A stretch of 33,701 bases of DNA from NCBI GenBank assembly GCA_002707335.2, contig PAMN02000015.1:1-33701 (forward strand). Reading direction: 5' to 3'. A program made the translations under genes and the position numbers. Positions 7,891 through 15,487 of this stretch are shown here, piece after piece. How positions within the stretch are numbered: position 1 is the stretch's first letter; every line of letters begins with the position of its first letter. Origin of the DNA: Methanobacteriota archaeon (GTDB lineage Archaea; Thermoplasmatota; Poseidoniia; Poseidoniales; Poseidoniaceae). The notes under the pieces are model-generated. The model worked only from the letters and a program-made list of their open reading frames with translations. It was not told where the DNA came from and ran no database searches.

Positions 7891-9039
7891 TCAAGCCGTA
7901 ATTCCTGAACTAAATCGACTTTCCATTTCTTTGAAAATGGCTTTAATTTCTATTTTTAACTGGGCGTAGGATTGCTTTATCTCATTTATGCGAGCCTTTA
8001 TTTGAATTTTGGATTGTTCTATAGAGTTCTTGAGTTCTTTTTTTGCCTTGTGTAGTTCATACAAACAGGTTCTCAAAGAGTCCCTTTTGTTTTTGAAATC
8101 ATCTTCAAGCTCATTCAAATCAATTTCATTCTTTATTAATTTATTTTTTGACTTTTTGAATTTTACATTTATTTTAGCAATTTCAATTGAGTGCTTTGGT
8201 GTAGACTTCAAATTTGATTTTAATCCAACTAAATTAAAGCATTTAATCCACCATTTACTAGGATCGACATGATACCATTTGTGACCGTTCCTGTAATCAG
8301 CTTGGAATGTGTGATGGAAATTATGGTATCCCTCTCCGAATGTTAGAAATGCCAACCAAAATGAGTCTCTACTCGTATTCTCTTGCGAATATGGTTGTCT
8401 CCCCCATATGTGAGCGGCACTGTTGATCAGAAAAGTCCCGTGGTGTACGAACACAATTCTAACTATGCCTCCCCATACTAAGCATCCGATTGCAGTTCCT
8501 ATTCCACCTATCACGTATCCAATCGCTAGTGGAAAAATTATACCTGAAATAGCCCCAATTAGGAAGATATTTCTATGCTGCCACATTATGATTTTACTTT
8601 GTTTCAAATCATTGACATTTGAGAAGTCATTCTGAAAATTTTCTTCTTCAACCATTATCCATCCCATGTGAGAATACCAAAAACCTCGAGAGGCAGAATA
8701 AGGGTCATCTTCTCCATCAGTGTACTTGTGATGTTTCCTATGATCGGAGCACCATTCAATTATAGAATTCTGAAATGCACCAGCGCCGAATATCGCATAA
8801 AATAAAACCAAAGGCCAAGAAGCTTCATGCGACCTATGTGAAAATAATCTATGATATCCAACAGTAATCGACAAACCACAAGCAAAGTATAGAAAGAGGA
8901 ATACAAATAATTCGGTAAATCCGGGACTGCCGAAATAACTGTAATGGAATATTACACCAATTATTGCCAAAATAGGAGTAGCAATAAGAAATGTTGAATT
9001 CAACCAATTGATTTTAGACATAGCCGAGTATTCAGACAT
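7891..9039 (-). CDS. Acyl-CoA/acyl-lipid Delta-9 fatty-acid desaturase (membrane di-iron, stearoyl-CoA desaturase family) with a Lys/Glu-rich coiled-coil C-terminal tail
   Basis: Histidine boxes 'GYHRLFSHRS', 'DHRKHHKYTD...DPYSASRGFWYSHMGW', 'NSAAHIWG' and 'GEGYHNFHHTF', with hydrophobic TM pairs before box 1 and between boxes 2 and 3. The track ORF (to 9261) overlaps S7, so I trimmed it to ATG 9039 (MSEYSAMSK...; ATG 9021 is an alternative). Confidence 0.85.
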   Translation of the reverse strand: MSEYSAMSKINWLNSTFLIATPILAIIGVIFHYSYFGSPGFTELFVFLFLYFACGLSITVGYHRLFSHRSHEASWPLVLFYAIFGAGAFQNSIIEWCSDHRKHHKYTDGEDDPYSASRGFWYSHMGWIMVEEENFQNDFSNVNDLKQSKIIMWQHRNIFLIGAISGIIFPLAIGYVIGGIGTAIGCLVWGGIVRIVFVHHGTFLINSAAHIWGRQPYSQENTSRDSFWLAFLTFGEGYHNFHHTFQADYRNGHKWYHVDPSKWWIKCFNLVGLKSNLKSTPKHSIEIAKINVKFKKSKNKLIKNEIDLNELEDDFKNKRDSLRTCLYELHKAKKELKNSIEQSKIQIKARINEIKQSYAQLKIEIKAIFKEMESRFSSGITA

Positions 9040-9115
9040 AAAGTGCGGCGGCCAACGAACGCCTTTGACTATTTGGGTTAAATGCAGTGCAATTGTTCTA
9101 GATTGATTGTTGTGA

Positions 9116-9748
9116 TCATCTTGCGCTTGCAGCGATTCTTTGAACTTCTTCTTTCTTTGCAACTGCAAAGGAAGTAACATCACCTGAACTTGCTTTTGTA
9201 ATTTCATTAATGATACATTGTGTAAGAGTTCTCTTAGATTTAGAAGTTCCCTGTTGAGCACCTTTTGCTAGGTTTGCTAGGGCAACATCTAATCTTCTTG
9301 ATGGAGAACTGTCAACCGCTTTTGGTTGGGACACTGCTCCGAATTTGATTCTTGTTATTTCTTCCATAGGTGCGGCGTGGCATATAGCATCGACAAAGGT
9401 TTGAAGAGGATTGTCTCCACTTCGATTAGCGATACTGTCTAACGCAGCCTCGAATGCCTTCAAAGCGCCTTGCTTTTTCCCAGTGTACTTTCCTGTTCTC
9501 ATCAACTTGTTTGTGAATCTCTCAACTACAGAAAGTCTGGATTTTCCAAACCAAGCATTAGCATGCCTTCCACCAGTGTGTGGAATTCCTACAGTTGTTA
9601 GATTGATGTATGGTGCAAGACCAGGATCTCTACAAACAACTTCAGCAGCATCATATTTACCAAATACTAGGGTGCCAATGCCTGCGATGGGAGTTGCTTC
9701 AACGACTTCGTTTTCTTCAATAACTTCATCATCACTCATATCAAACAC
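9116..9748 (-). CDS. rps7: 30S ribosomal protein S7 (uS7)
   Basis: 210-aa ORF starting 6 nt downstream of uS12. It has the archaeal uS7 layout with an acidic N-terminal extension and 'SVVERFTNKLMRTGK'. Confidence 0.93.
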   Translation of the reverse strand: MFDMSDDEVIEENEVVEATPIAGIGTLVFGKYDAAEVVCRDPGLAPYINLTTVGIPHTGGRHANAWFGKSRLSVVERFTNKLMRTGKYTGKKQGALKAFEAALDSIANRSGDNPLQTFVDAICHAAPMEEITRIKFGAVSQPKAVDSSPSRRLDVALANLAKGAQQGTSKSKRTLTQCIINEITKASSGDVTSFAVAKKEEVQRIAASAR

Positions 9749-9754
9749 CTCTGA

Positions 9755-10183
9755 TTATCGTACAGGCTTCTCCTTTCGACCTCTTACCATTTCATCTAAT
9801 GAAACGCCATTTACTTGAATCACTTTGTATCTAACTCCTGGGATATCTCCGTATGAACGCCCCATGCGCCCGCCGATACCTTCTACCATTACCTCATCGT
9901 GTTCGTCAATAAAGTTGATAGCACCATCACCTGGAGCGAAAGCGGTTAGTTTGTTACCGTTTTTGATTAATGAAATCTTTACAGCTTTTCTGATACCTGA
10001 GTTAGGTTGTTTTGCTTCAATGCCAACCTTTTCGATTACTATACCCTTTGCTTGAGTAGAACCAGCAAGCGGGTCATGCTTTGCTTTTGATTTTAGCATG
10101 CGCTTTTTGTATCTACGATCCGACCATCTAAACTTTTGACGATCCTTGGCCATTTTTGCACCTGCAAATAATCCTCGACCCAT
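9755..10183 (-). CDS. rps12: 30S ribosomal protein S12 (uS12)
   Basis: Contains '[13 protein letters not shown]', '[18 protein letters not shown]' and 'IPGVRYKVI'. Length is 142 aa. Confidence 0.97.
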   Translation of the reverse strand: MGRGLFAGAKMAKDRQKFRWSDRRYKKRMLKSKAKHDPLAGSTQAKGIVIEKVGIEAKQPNSGIRKAVKISLIKNGNKLTAFAPGDGAINFIDEHDEVMVEGIGGRMGRSYGDIPGVRYKVIQVNGVSLDEMVRGRKEKPVR

Positions 10184-10310
10184 GATTATATCTCCATTGA
10201 AGCATTTTGCCGACCTACCGCCCCTATTTCATGATGCCGATTAATTCGGCCTACTCTTGATTGAACAATCGAGGGAGAATTAGTGCCAATATTCATGTCT
10301 TTAATCTAAC

Positions 10311-10317
10311 AGGAGGT
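10311..10317 (+). promoter_or_regulatory. Shine-Dalgarno-like AGGAGGT, 4 nt upstream of the UbiD-family ATG
   Basis: 'aggaggtacacATG' read directly in the sequence. Confidence 0.5.
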
Positions 10318-10321
10318 ACAC

Positions 10322-11587
10322 ATGGCATTCCGTGATTTACTGGGCAATGCTCGACTTATTAAAGATGCAACTAGTGTCCAGCACGGCATTTTTGACAAAT
10401 CAGCATCCCTAGGACATGACCTAATTATGTTCGATAATATAGTCGAGGCACCAGGGCACCGAGTAGCTACGAATTTGCTAACTCGGCCTCGTTTGTGTGA
10501 GGCGCTTCAAATTGAACCGGAGGACTTTATTGACTTACTAGGGTGGGCAATGAATAATCCAACAGAGCCTAAAATTGCATCATACGGGCCAGTGATGGAT
10601 AACCAACAAGAAGTTGTAGAATTGTCAAAAATCCCAATACCTCATCATTGGAGGGAAGATGGTGGTCGATATATGTCATCGAGTGTAATCATTGCAGAAT
10701 ACAACGGAATTAGAAATATGTCTTTTCACCGACAGTTATTGAAAGACGATAACCATCTAGTCGCTAGAATAGTACCTCGACATCTTCATGGTTTTATCAA
10801 GGAAGCAAGGAGCAATGGAGAAGAAGTAAATGTGGCAATAATAAATGCGCCCGATCCAGTTGTTTTACTTGCAGCAGCAATGTCGTTTGATTCTAACATT
10901 GACGAATTAACGATTGCAGCATCACTTCATGAAAAAGTTCACCATCGCCCACTAGAACTAGTCGCCTTACCAAATGGTATTGAAGTTCCATCTGAGGCTG
11001 AATATGCAATGTGGGGTAGAATTTTAACAACCGATGCTGATGAAGGACCATACGTTGACATAACAGGAACAGTAGATGATATTAGGCAACAACCGATAAT
11101 CGAAATTGATGGTTTAATGCACAGAAATAATCCTATATTCCACGCTTTAATTCCAGCTGAGTCTGAACATAAAACACTGATGGGTCTTCCGAGAGCACCT
11201 ACAATAAAATCAGCTGTAAGCGAGGTCTGTGAGTGTTTAGATGTTCACATGACGGAAGGAGGCGGCGGATGGCTTGCTGCTGTTGTAAAAATCAAAGTTA
11301 ACAAAGAAGGGGACGGAAAAAGAGCAATTAAGGCAGCACTTGATGGTCACAAATCAATGAAAATGGTAACTATAGTCGATGAAGATATCGATATAACAAA
11401 TCCTGTACGTGTAGAATGGGCAATGATGACTAGATGGCAGCCTGATACAGACTCAATTATTCTTTCAAATCAAAAGGGCTCTAGTCTTGACCCATCAAGG
11501 TTAGATGATGGTAACACTTCTAAAATTGGAATTGATGCTACTATACCATGGGGTTATGAAAGGTCAGGTTTCAAATCTGTTCAGTGA
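10322..11587 (+). CDS. UbiD-family (prenylated-FMN dependent) decarboxylase, short archaeal form; candidate anhydromevalonate phosphate decarboxylase
   Basis: 421 aa, with 'NMSFHRQLL' (compare UbiD 'N.G.YR.Q'), 'EGPYVDITG' (compare 'EGPFG..TG') and 'GGGGWLAAVVKI'. The family call is fairly firm. The specific substrate is inferred from its length and the isoprenoid genes in the window. Confidence 0.8.
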   Translation: MAFRDLLGNARLIKDATSVQHGIFDKSASLGHDLIMFDNIVEAPGHRVATNLLTRPRLCEALQIEPEDFIDLLGWAMNNPTEPKIASYGPVMDNQQEVVELSKIPIPHHWREDGGRYMSSSVIIAEYNGIRNMSFHRQLLKDDNHLVARIVPRHLHGFIKEARSNGEEVNVAIINAPDPVVLLAAAMSFDSNIDELTIAASLHEKVHHRPLELVALPNGIEVPSEAEYAMWGRILTTDADEGPYVDITGTVDDIRQQPIIEIDGLMHRNNPIFHALIPAESEHKTLMGLPRAPTIKSAVSEVCECLDVHMTEGGGGWLAAVVKIKVNKEGDGKRAIKAALDGHKSMKMVTIVDEDIDITNPVRVEWAMMTRWQPDTDSIILSNQKGSSLDPSRLDDGNTSKIGIDATIPWGYERSGFKSVQ

Positions 11588-11596
11588 GGCTCTTCG

Positions 11597-12583
11597 ATGC
11601 AGAATAGTGCGGGTACTTTGCAACACCCACGACGCAATCTGGGAAACCGACATAGATCTCAAGCTAGCAAATTCATCAAACTTGCAAAAAAAGACCCTGA
11701 AAACGCTGAACAGAATTTGGCTTGGGCGGAACAAAATGCCCAGCAATCAATTCTACATGACTTCACAGATGAACGAAATTGGAGATGCCTGGCCGAAATA
11801 AAGGAATTAAGAAAAGATGGCTACGGATTAGAAATGGTTCTGGAAGATTTGTTTGTAGTATTGGGACGTGACCCAAACCAGTTAAACCAGTTGAAAGGTG
11901 TCGATCATCTCCAAGTCGGCTTAGAATTATTAGAAGCAGCATTTATTACAGATTCATTAGATCCAGAAAATTGGTTTGAATCAATGGATGAAAGTCGCCT
12001 ACAAGAATTCTCTGAAAGATGTAAAAGGTTAGATTTTACAGACCAAAGAACCAATATAATCTACGGTAGGAGATTAGAGAAAATTAGAGGTGCTGGAAAT
12101 GAAAGCCTATTCATAGATTTAGTCCAGTATTTACTAGCTCACAGACCCTCAAATCACGAACTTTGGCTTGAGTTGGGAAGGTTACATGAAAGAAGAAATG
12201 AAATTGATCAGGCATGGCTGTGCTATGACCATGTTCAACAGATTAAACCCACAATAAACGTCAGGGATTTGTTCCTGGAAAGGCTGAAAGGAGCAATGGA
12301 TGGAGATGAACAAATACCTTGGAGCGGACCTTCCCTAGACACTAGATCAGACTTCTTAGAACGAATGCAAAAACTAACTCAATCAATTAATTCTATACCC
12401 ATTGAATCAAACAACATACAATCTGCTGAAGTGGAAGAAGAAGACCAACAAATGGTAAAATTGCGTTCACTCTTGGAGGCAGGAGATTCGGCTGAAGCAT
12501 TTTTCATGGCAAGGTCTCTAGTTACTTCTGGTGAGGATTGGGCTAGAGAATGGATGACAAAGGCGCAAGAAATGATGGACTAA
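11597..12583 (+). CDS. Hypothetical alpha-helical (TPR-like) protein
   Basis: 328-aa ORF whose ATG lies 9 nt after the UbiD stop and is preceded by GTGAGG. It has a TPR-like stretch 'ELWLELGRLHERRNEIDQAWLCYDHVQQIKP' and an acidic low-complexity segment near the C-terminus. No family recognised. Confidence 0.5.
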   Translation: MQNSAGTLQHPRRNLGNRHRSQASKFIKLAKKDPENAEQNLAWAEQNAQQSILHDFTDERNWRCLAEIKELRKDGYGLEMVLEDLFVVLGRDPNQLNQLKGVDHLQVGLELLEAAFITDSLDPENWFESMDESRLQEFSERCKRLDFTDQRTNIIYGRRLEKIRGAGNESLFIDLVQYLLAHRPSNHELWLELGRLHERRNEIDQAWLCYDHVQQIKPTINVRDLFLERLKGAMDGDEQIPWSGPSLDTRSDFLERMQKLTQSINSIPIESNNIQSAEVEEEDQQMVKLRSLLEAGDSAEAFFMARSLVTSGEDWAREWMTKAQEMMD

Positions 12584-13611
12584 TTATCAGTTAACGTCAT
12601 TATTTCTGTAACTCGATTAGTCCAAGTTTCTTTGCTGGTTCCTTCTGATACTGATGCACACATAGCTGCCAGTAATGCATCTTCAACACGATTTGGGTTT
12701 GAGAGTAGGTTAGTGAAAAAATCTACTTTTTCCAACTTCTTTGCTAGTAATATTAGCGTTCTTAAATCAGGCCTTTCTTCTCCTGAAAAATCCTGACCCA
12801 CATTTTGCACACACCATTCTAACACTCCATGGACATCGTTTGAATTTACACGAAGCAATGTAGGTTCTTCACCCGCTGAAAGAGGTTTTGCTGAAATAAT
12901 TTGGTCAGAGAATTTGTCTGCGGAGTCATCGATATAAGAAGATGAAATTTCCACAAATATAGCCCCTGCCTCTACAGCAAGTTGAATTTGCTCGGAAATA
13001 ATTGCATGTGCATGAGAATTAAAAGCACATCTAGCGGCATCGAATAATTGTCCAAATGCCATATGTATTCTAGCAGCCTGTATCCTAGATATTGCAATTG
13101 TTTCATGGGCGTGACCTGCTTTACGTGAAATGTCACCGTGCACATGAAGTGCCATCATTGGCTCATCTATAGAAAGGTGAAATGCGGCTTTGTTTAGTAA
13201 TGAAATATCATGGTCTCTGCTCGCCTTTGAAACTGATTTCAATCTAGTCTCAGCCCATGTTAAATCATCTCTTGCTTTCTCAATTTCTCCATTTTCAAAA
13301 TAGACCAATCCTCTTTCCATCCGTAATCTGCCCTCTAAAGATAGATCACGAGTCTCTGGATTCCTTGCAACTGTCAATGCATTTTCGATTGCATCGATTG
13401 AAATATCTCCTTTGATTCTCAGTTTAACTAACTCAATTACTTTCTTTTCAGCATCTGATAATTTTGGCTCTAGAAATTCAACAATTTCACTACCCATTAC
13501 TAACCCAAGTTCAGCAACTCCAAGCCAACTAGTCCATCCCATTTTTTCTAGCAATGGTTCAAGTTCTCTCTCACCATCGTCAAAAGCGGAAATAATCTGT
13601 TCTGGATTCAA
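12580..13611 (-). CDS. Hypothetical alpha-helical protein (TPR-like segment, His-rich patch), last gene of the exosome superoperon
   Basis: 343-aa ORF whose start overlaps the DHH gene stop by 4 nt. Contains 'RLRMERGLVYFENGEIEKARDDLTWAE' (TPR-like) and the His-rich 'LHVHGD...GHAHE...NSHAHA'. No family recognised. Confidence 0.5.
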   Translation of the reverse strand: MNPEQIISAFDDGERELEPLLEKMGWTSWLGVAELGLVMGSEIVEFLEPKLSDAEKKVIELVKLRIKGDISIDAIENALTVARNPETRDLSLEGRLRMERGLVYFENGEIEKARDDLTWAETRLKSVSKASRDHDISLLNKAAFHLSIDEPMMALHVHGDISRKAGHAHETIAISRIQAARIHMAFGQLFDAARCAFNSHAHAIISEQIQLAVEAGAIFVEISSSYIDDSADKFSDQIISAKPLSAGEEPTLLRVNSNDVHGVLEWCVQNVGQDFSGEERPDLRTLILLAKKLEKVDFFTNLLSNPNRVEDALLAAMCASVSEGTSKETWTNRVTEIMTLTDN

Positions 13612-14579
13612 TCGCTTTCCCTCCTAGTATTAGCCAAGATATTGATAAAAGCAGATTCTACTGCAATTGCATCTGTATTACCAGACCAACCTGCTGCGCC
13701 ATCATGGCCGCCACCTTCACCACCTAAATTATCACTAAGTTCCTTCATCATATTACCCAGATGTATTCCTTGAATTGTACTTGACCTCTTCGCACGAGCA
13801 GTTAGTCTAGTTTCACCGTTTCTATGTCGAGACACTACAGATAAATCTCCTCCAGTTTGTAACAACATTGATGCAACCTTTCCTTCAAGTATTCCGGCAC
13901 TGGTTTGGATTAATGTCCAATCTCCAACATCCATTGACTTGCATCGATTCAGAGCTTTTATTATTGCACCTCTATCACTAGGTGAGATTTCTTCATTCTG
14001 AACGAATTCAACAAATTCTTGATACTCAAAATTACCACCTCGCACAAGTTTTGATGCGCATAATAATGCATCATCATCAGCATGAGTAAATCTGCCCGTG
14101 TCAGTTATTAGTCCTGCTAGTAAGAGTTTCCTTACTTCATCGGAAAGTGTATTCGGATAGAACTCCTCCAAATATTCAAAAATGATTTGTGTTGTCGATC
14201 TCGCTTTAATTCTGTATTCAAAATCCTCAGGGCCAAATTTCCAATCTGATGTATCATGGTGGTCAATTACACAAAATGGAATTCCATCCGGAATTTCAAT
14301 ACCGATTTGTCCAATAGATGCTGCATCAACAAAAATAATTCCACTAAGTTTTGAAGGCCATCTTGGATTTGAGGAAATTAGTTTGAAAGGAGCTCCCAGT
14401 TCATTACACATTTTTTTTGCCAATTTTCCCATATGCAGACCACAAGCCATTAGCTCAGGTCGCGAAGAAGCAAGTGCAATCGCAGATCCTATTGTGTCCA
14501 TGTCGCCGTTTTTACCAGTTATTACGGCTACTGCTCCATTAGCAGCAACATCATCAATCCAGGTGTGGAGATTCTTCAA
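13608..14579 (-). CDS. DHH-DHHA1 phosphoesterase (NrnA-like nanoRNase / pAp or cyclic-dinucleotide phosphodiesterase class)
   Basis: All DHH motifs are intact: 'GDMDTIGS' (DxD), 'FVDAAS', 'VIDHHDT', 'LITDTGRF', and the DHHA1 'GGEGGGHDGAAG'. At 323 aa it is the size of a stand-alone DHH-DHHA1 protein. Confidence 0.85.
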   Translation of the reverse strand: MKNLHTWIDDVAANGAVAVITGKNGDMDTIGSAIALASSRPELMACGLHMGKLAKKMCNELGAPFKLISSNPRWPSKLSGIIFVDAASIGQIGIEIPDGIPFCVIDHHDTSDWKFGPEDFEYRIKARSTTQIIFEYLEEFYPNTLSDEVRKLLLAGLITDTGRFTHADDDALLCASKLVRGGNFEYQEFVEFVQNEEISPSDRGAIIKALNRCKSMDVGDWTLIQTSAGILEGKVASMLLQTGGDLSVVSRHRNGETRLTARAKRSSTIQGIHLGNMMKELSDNLGGEGGGHDGAAGWSGNTDAIAVESAFINILANTRRESD

Positions 14580-14581
14580 CT

Positions 14582-14902
14582 CTATCCCTCTATTGATTTT
14601 TTCAACTCTTCATATGTAGATACCAAATCTTGTTCTTTCTTTTTGATTGAGACTAAAGCAGAATTAAGTTGTTCAAGAGCAGATTCCAACTCGTTAATTA
14701 GACTAACACGATCTTTGACTTCTACAAGGATCGAACCCATTTGCCTGTGGAGAGCCATGTCATCTGGTTGGGTTTTCACAGCAGCAATAGTTCCTTCAAT
14801 TTCTCTCAATTGAGTGTTAAGTGAAGCAACTTGCTGTCTCGCCGTCTGAACTTCAGCAACCACTAATTGCAATTGTTGTGCTAGTTCCATATTACTATCC
14901 AC
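14582..14902 (-). CDS. pfdB: Prefoldin beta subunit
   Basis: 106-aa coiled-coil protein ('QQLQLVVAEVQTARQQV...LNTQLREIE', '...LEQLNSALVSIKKKEQDL') in the conserved position after Pcc1 in the exosome superoperon. Confidence 0.85.
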   Translation of the reverse strand: MDSNMELAQQLQLVVAEVQTARQQVASLNTQLREIEGTIAAVKTQPDDMALHRQMGSILVEVKDRVSLINELESALEQLNSALVSIKKKEQDLVSTYEELKKSIEG

Positions 14903-14913
14903 TCACAACTACT

Positions 14914-15120
14914 TCAAGAATCCATCACTTTTAGGACTCGGTGAGAAACGATAACGCTTCTCATTCTAGTATTCCACATTGCTCTAGCATCTTTAGCCCT
15001 CGATTCACGCAAATTGAAGGAGAAACTGTTGTTTTGAATTTCCACGTCTTGCTCACTCGCTAGACTAGAAGCAAGAGCAGTAGCATTCGGTGAATCCACC
15101 AAAAGGCGGACTTGCCACAT
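14914..15120 (-). CDS. pcc1: KEOPS subunit Pcc1-like small protein
   Basis: ~68 aa, starting at ATG 15120 (alternatively GTG 15129, which overlaps the eL43 stop). 'RESRAKDARAMWNTRMRSVIV' resembles the Pcc1 C-terminal helix. It occupies the conserved position between eL43 and prefoldin beta. Confidence 0.6.
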   Translation of the reverse strand: MWQVRLLVDSPNATALASSLASEQDVEIQNNSFSFNLRESRAKDARAMWNTRMRSVIVSHRVLKVMDS

Positions 15121-15125
15121 AAAAA

Positions 15126-15485
15126 TCACTCCTCTTCATCAAGTTCGCCAGCGTTCATAGCTCTCTCGTATTCGATTGCTGCTTGCTGTGCAATGTATGC
15201 CATGTCTGCAGTTGTTGCTCCATCGGCATTTCTTCTGATAATTCTGTTATTAGCATCTGATGCTCGTGTATAAGGTTCCCAAGCTCCTCCTGCAAATGTA
15301 TGTCCACATTTTGAGCAGGACCATATACCGACAGATTTTCTTGTCACCTTTTTGTATTGACATACTGGGCATGTATATTTTGCAGATTTTTTCTTGAGAG
15401 CCATACCAGCGTTTCTTCTAACGCTTACACCATAGCGAGCGCCGAACCTTCCTGTCAGTCCCGCTTTCTGTGTTCTTTTTGCCAT
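15126..15485 (-). CDS. rpl37ae: 50S ribosomal protein L37Ae (eL43) with a ~30-aa acidic C-terminal extension
   Basis: Contains 'GRFGARYG' and the zinc ribbon 'CPVCQYKKVTRKSVGIWSCSKCGHTFAGGAW'. Its 119 aa is longer than I recall for archaeal eL43. Confidence 0.93.
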   Translation of the reverse strand: MAKRTQKAGLTGRFGARYGVSVRRNAGMALKKKSAKYTCPVCQYKKVTRKSVGIWSCSKCGHTFAGGAWEPYTRASDANNRIIRRNADGATTADMAYIAQQAAIEYERAMNAGELDEEE

Positions 15486-15487
15486 GT

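Noticed and set aside
7891-8270. The coiled-coil C-terminal tail of the desaturase as a separate fused domain or independent gene
   Set aside because: It is in frame with no internal stop or plausible start or RBS. Similar basic/coiled C-terminal tails occur, from memory, in bacterial Delta-9 desaturases of ~390 aa, so it is probably part of the family architecture rather than a novel fusion.
9040-9261. N-terminal 74-aa extension of the desaturase ORF as given in the track (start at 9261)
   Set aside because: It overlaps the 3' end of the S7 gene by 146 nt and encodes sequence unrelated to desaturases. Internal ATGs at 9039 or 9021 sit just before the first TM segment and leave a normal intergenic gap.
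10184-10321. A possible small RNA (C/D-box-like 'CATGATGC' and 'TGATTGA') and a 5-bp hairpin GCCGA-TTAAT-TCGGC (10236-10250) in the rps12/UbiD divergent spacer
   Set aside because: The boxes deviate from RUGAUGA/CUGA, and no terminal D box or terminal stem is present. The hairpin is too short to be significant. The 138-nt region is adequately explained as a divergent promoter/5'-UTR region.
14182-14619. 145-aa plus-strand ORF antisense to the DHH gene. The same applies to other long antisense ORFs: 31020-31496, 4701-5120, 3028-3444, 9411-9818, 7092-7445, 16479-16808 and 17762-18112.
   Set aside because: Each lies entirely inside a confidently identified gene on the other strand. Their translations are Ser/Leu/Pro/Ile-rich low-complexity sequence with no recognisable motif, which is typical of shadow ORFs in AT-biased coding DNA.
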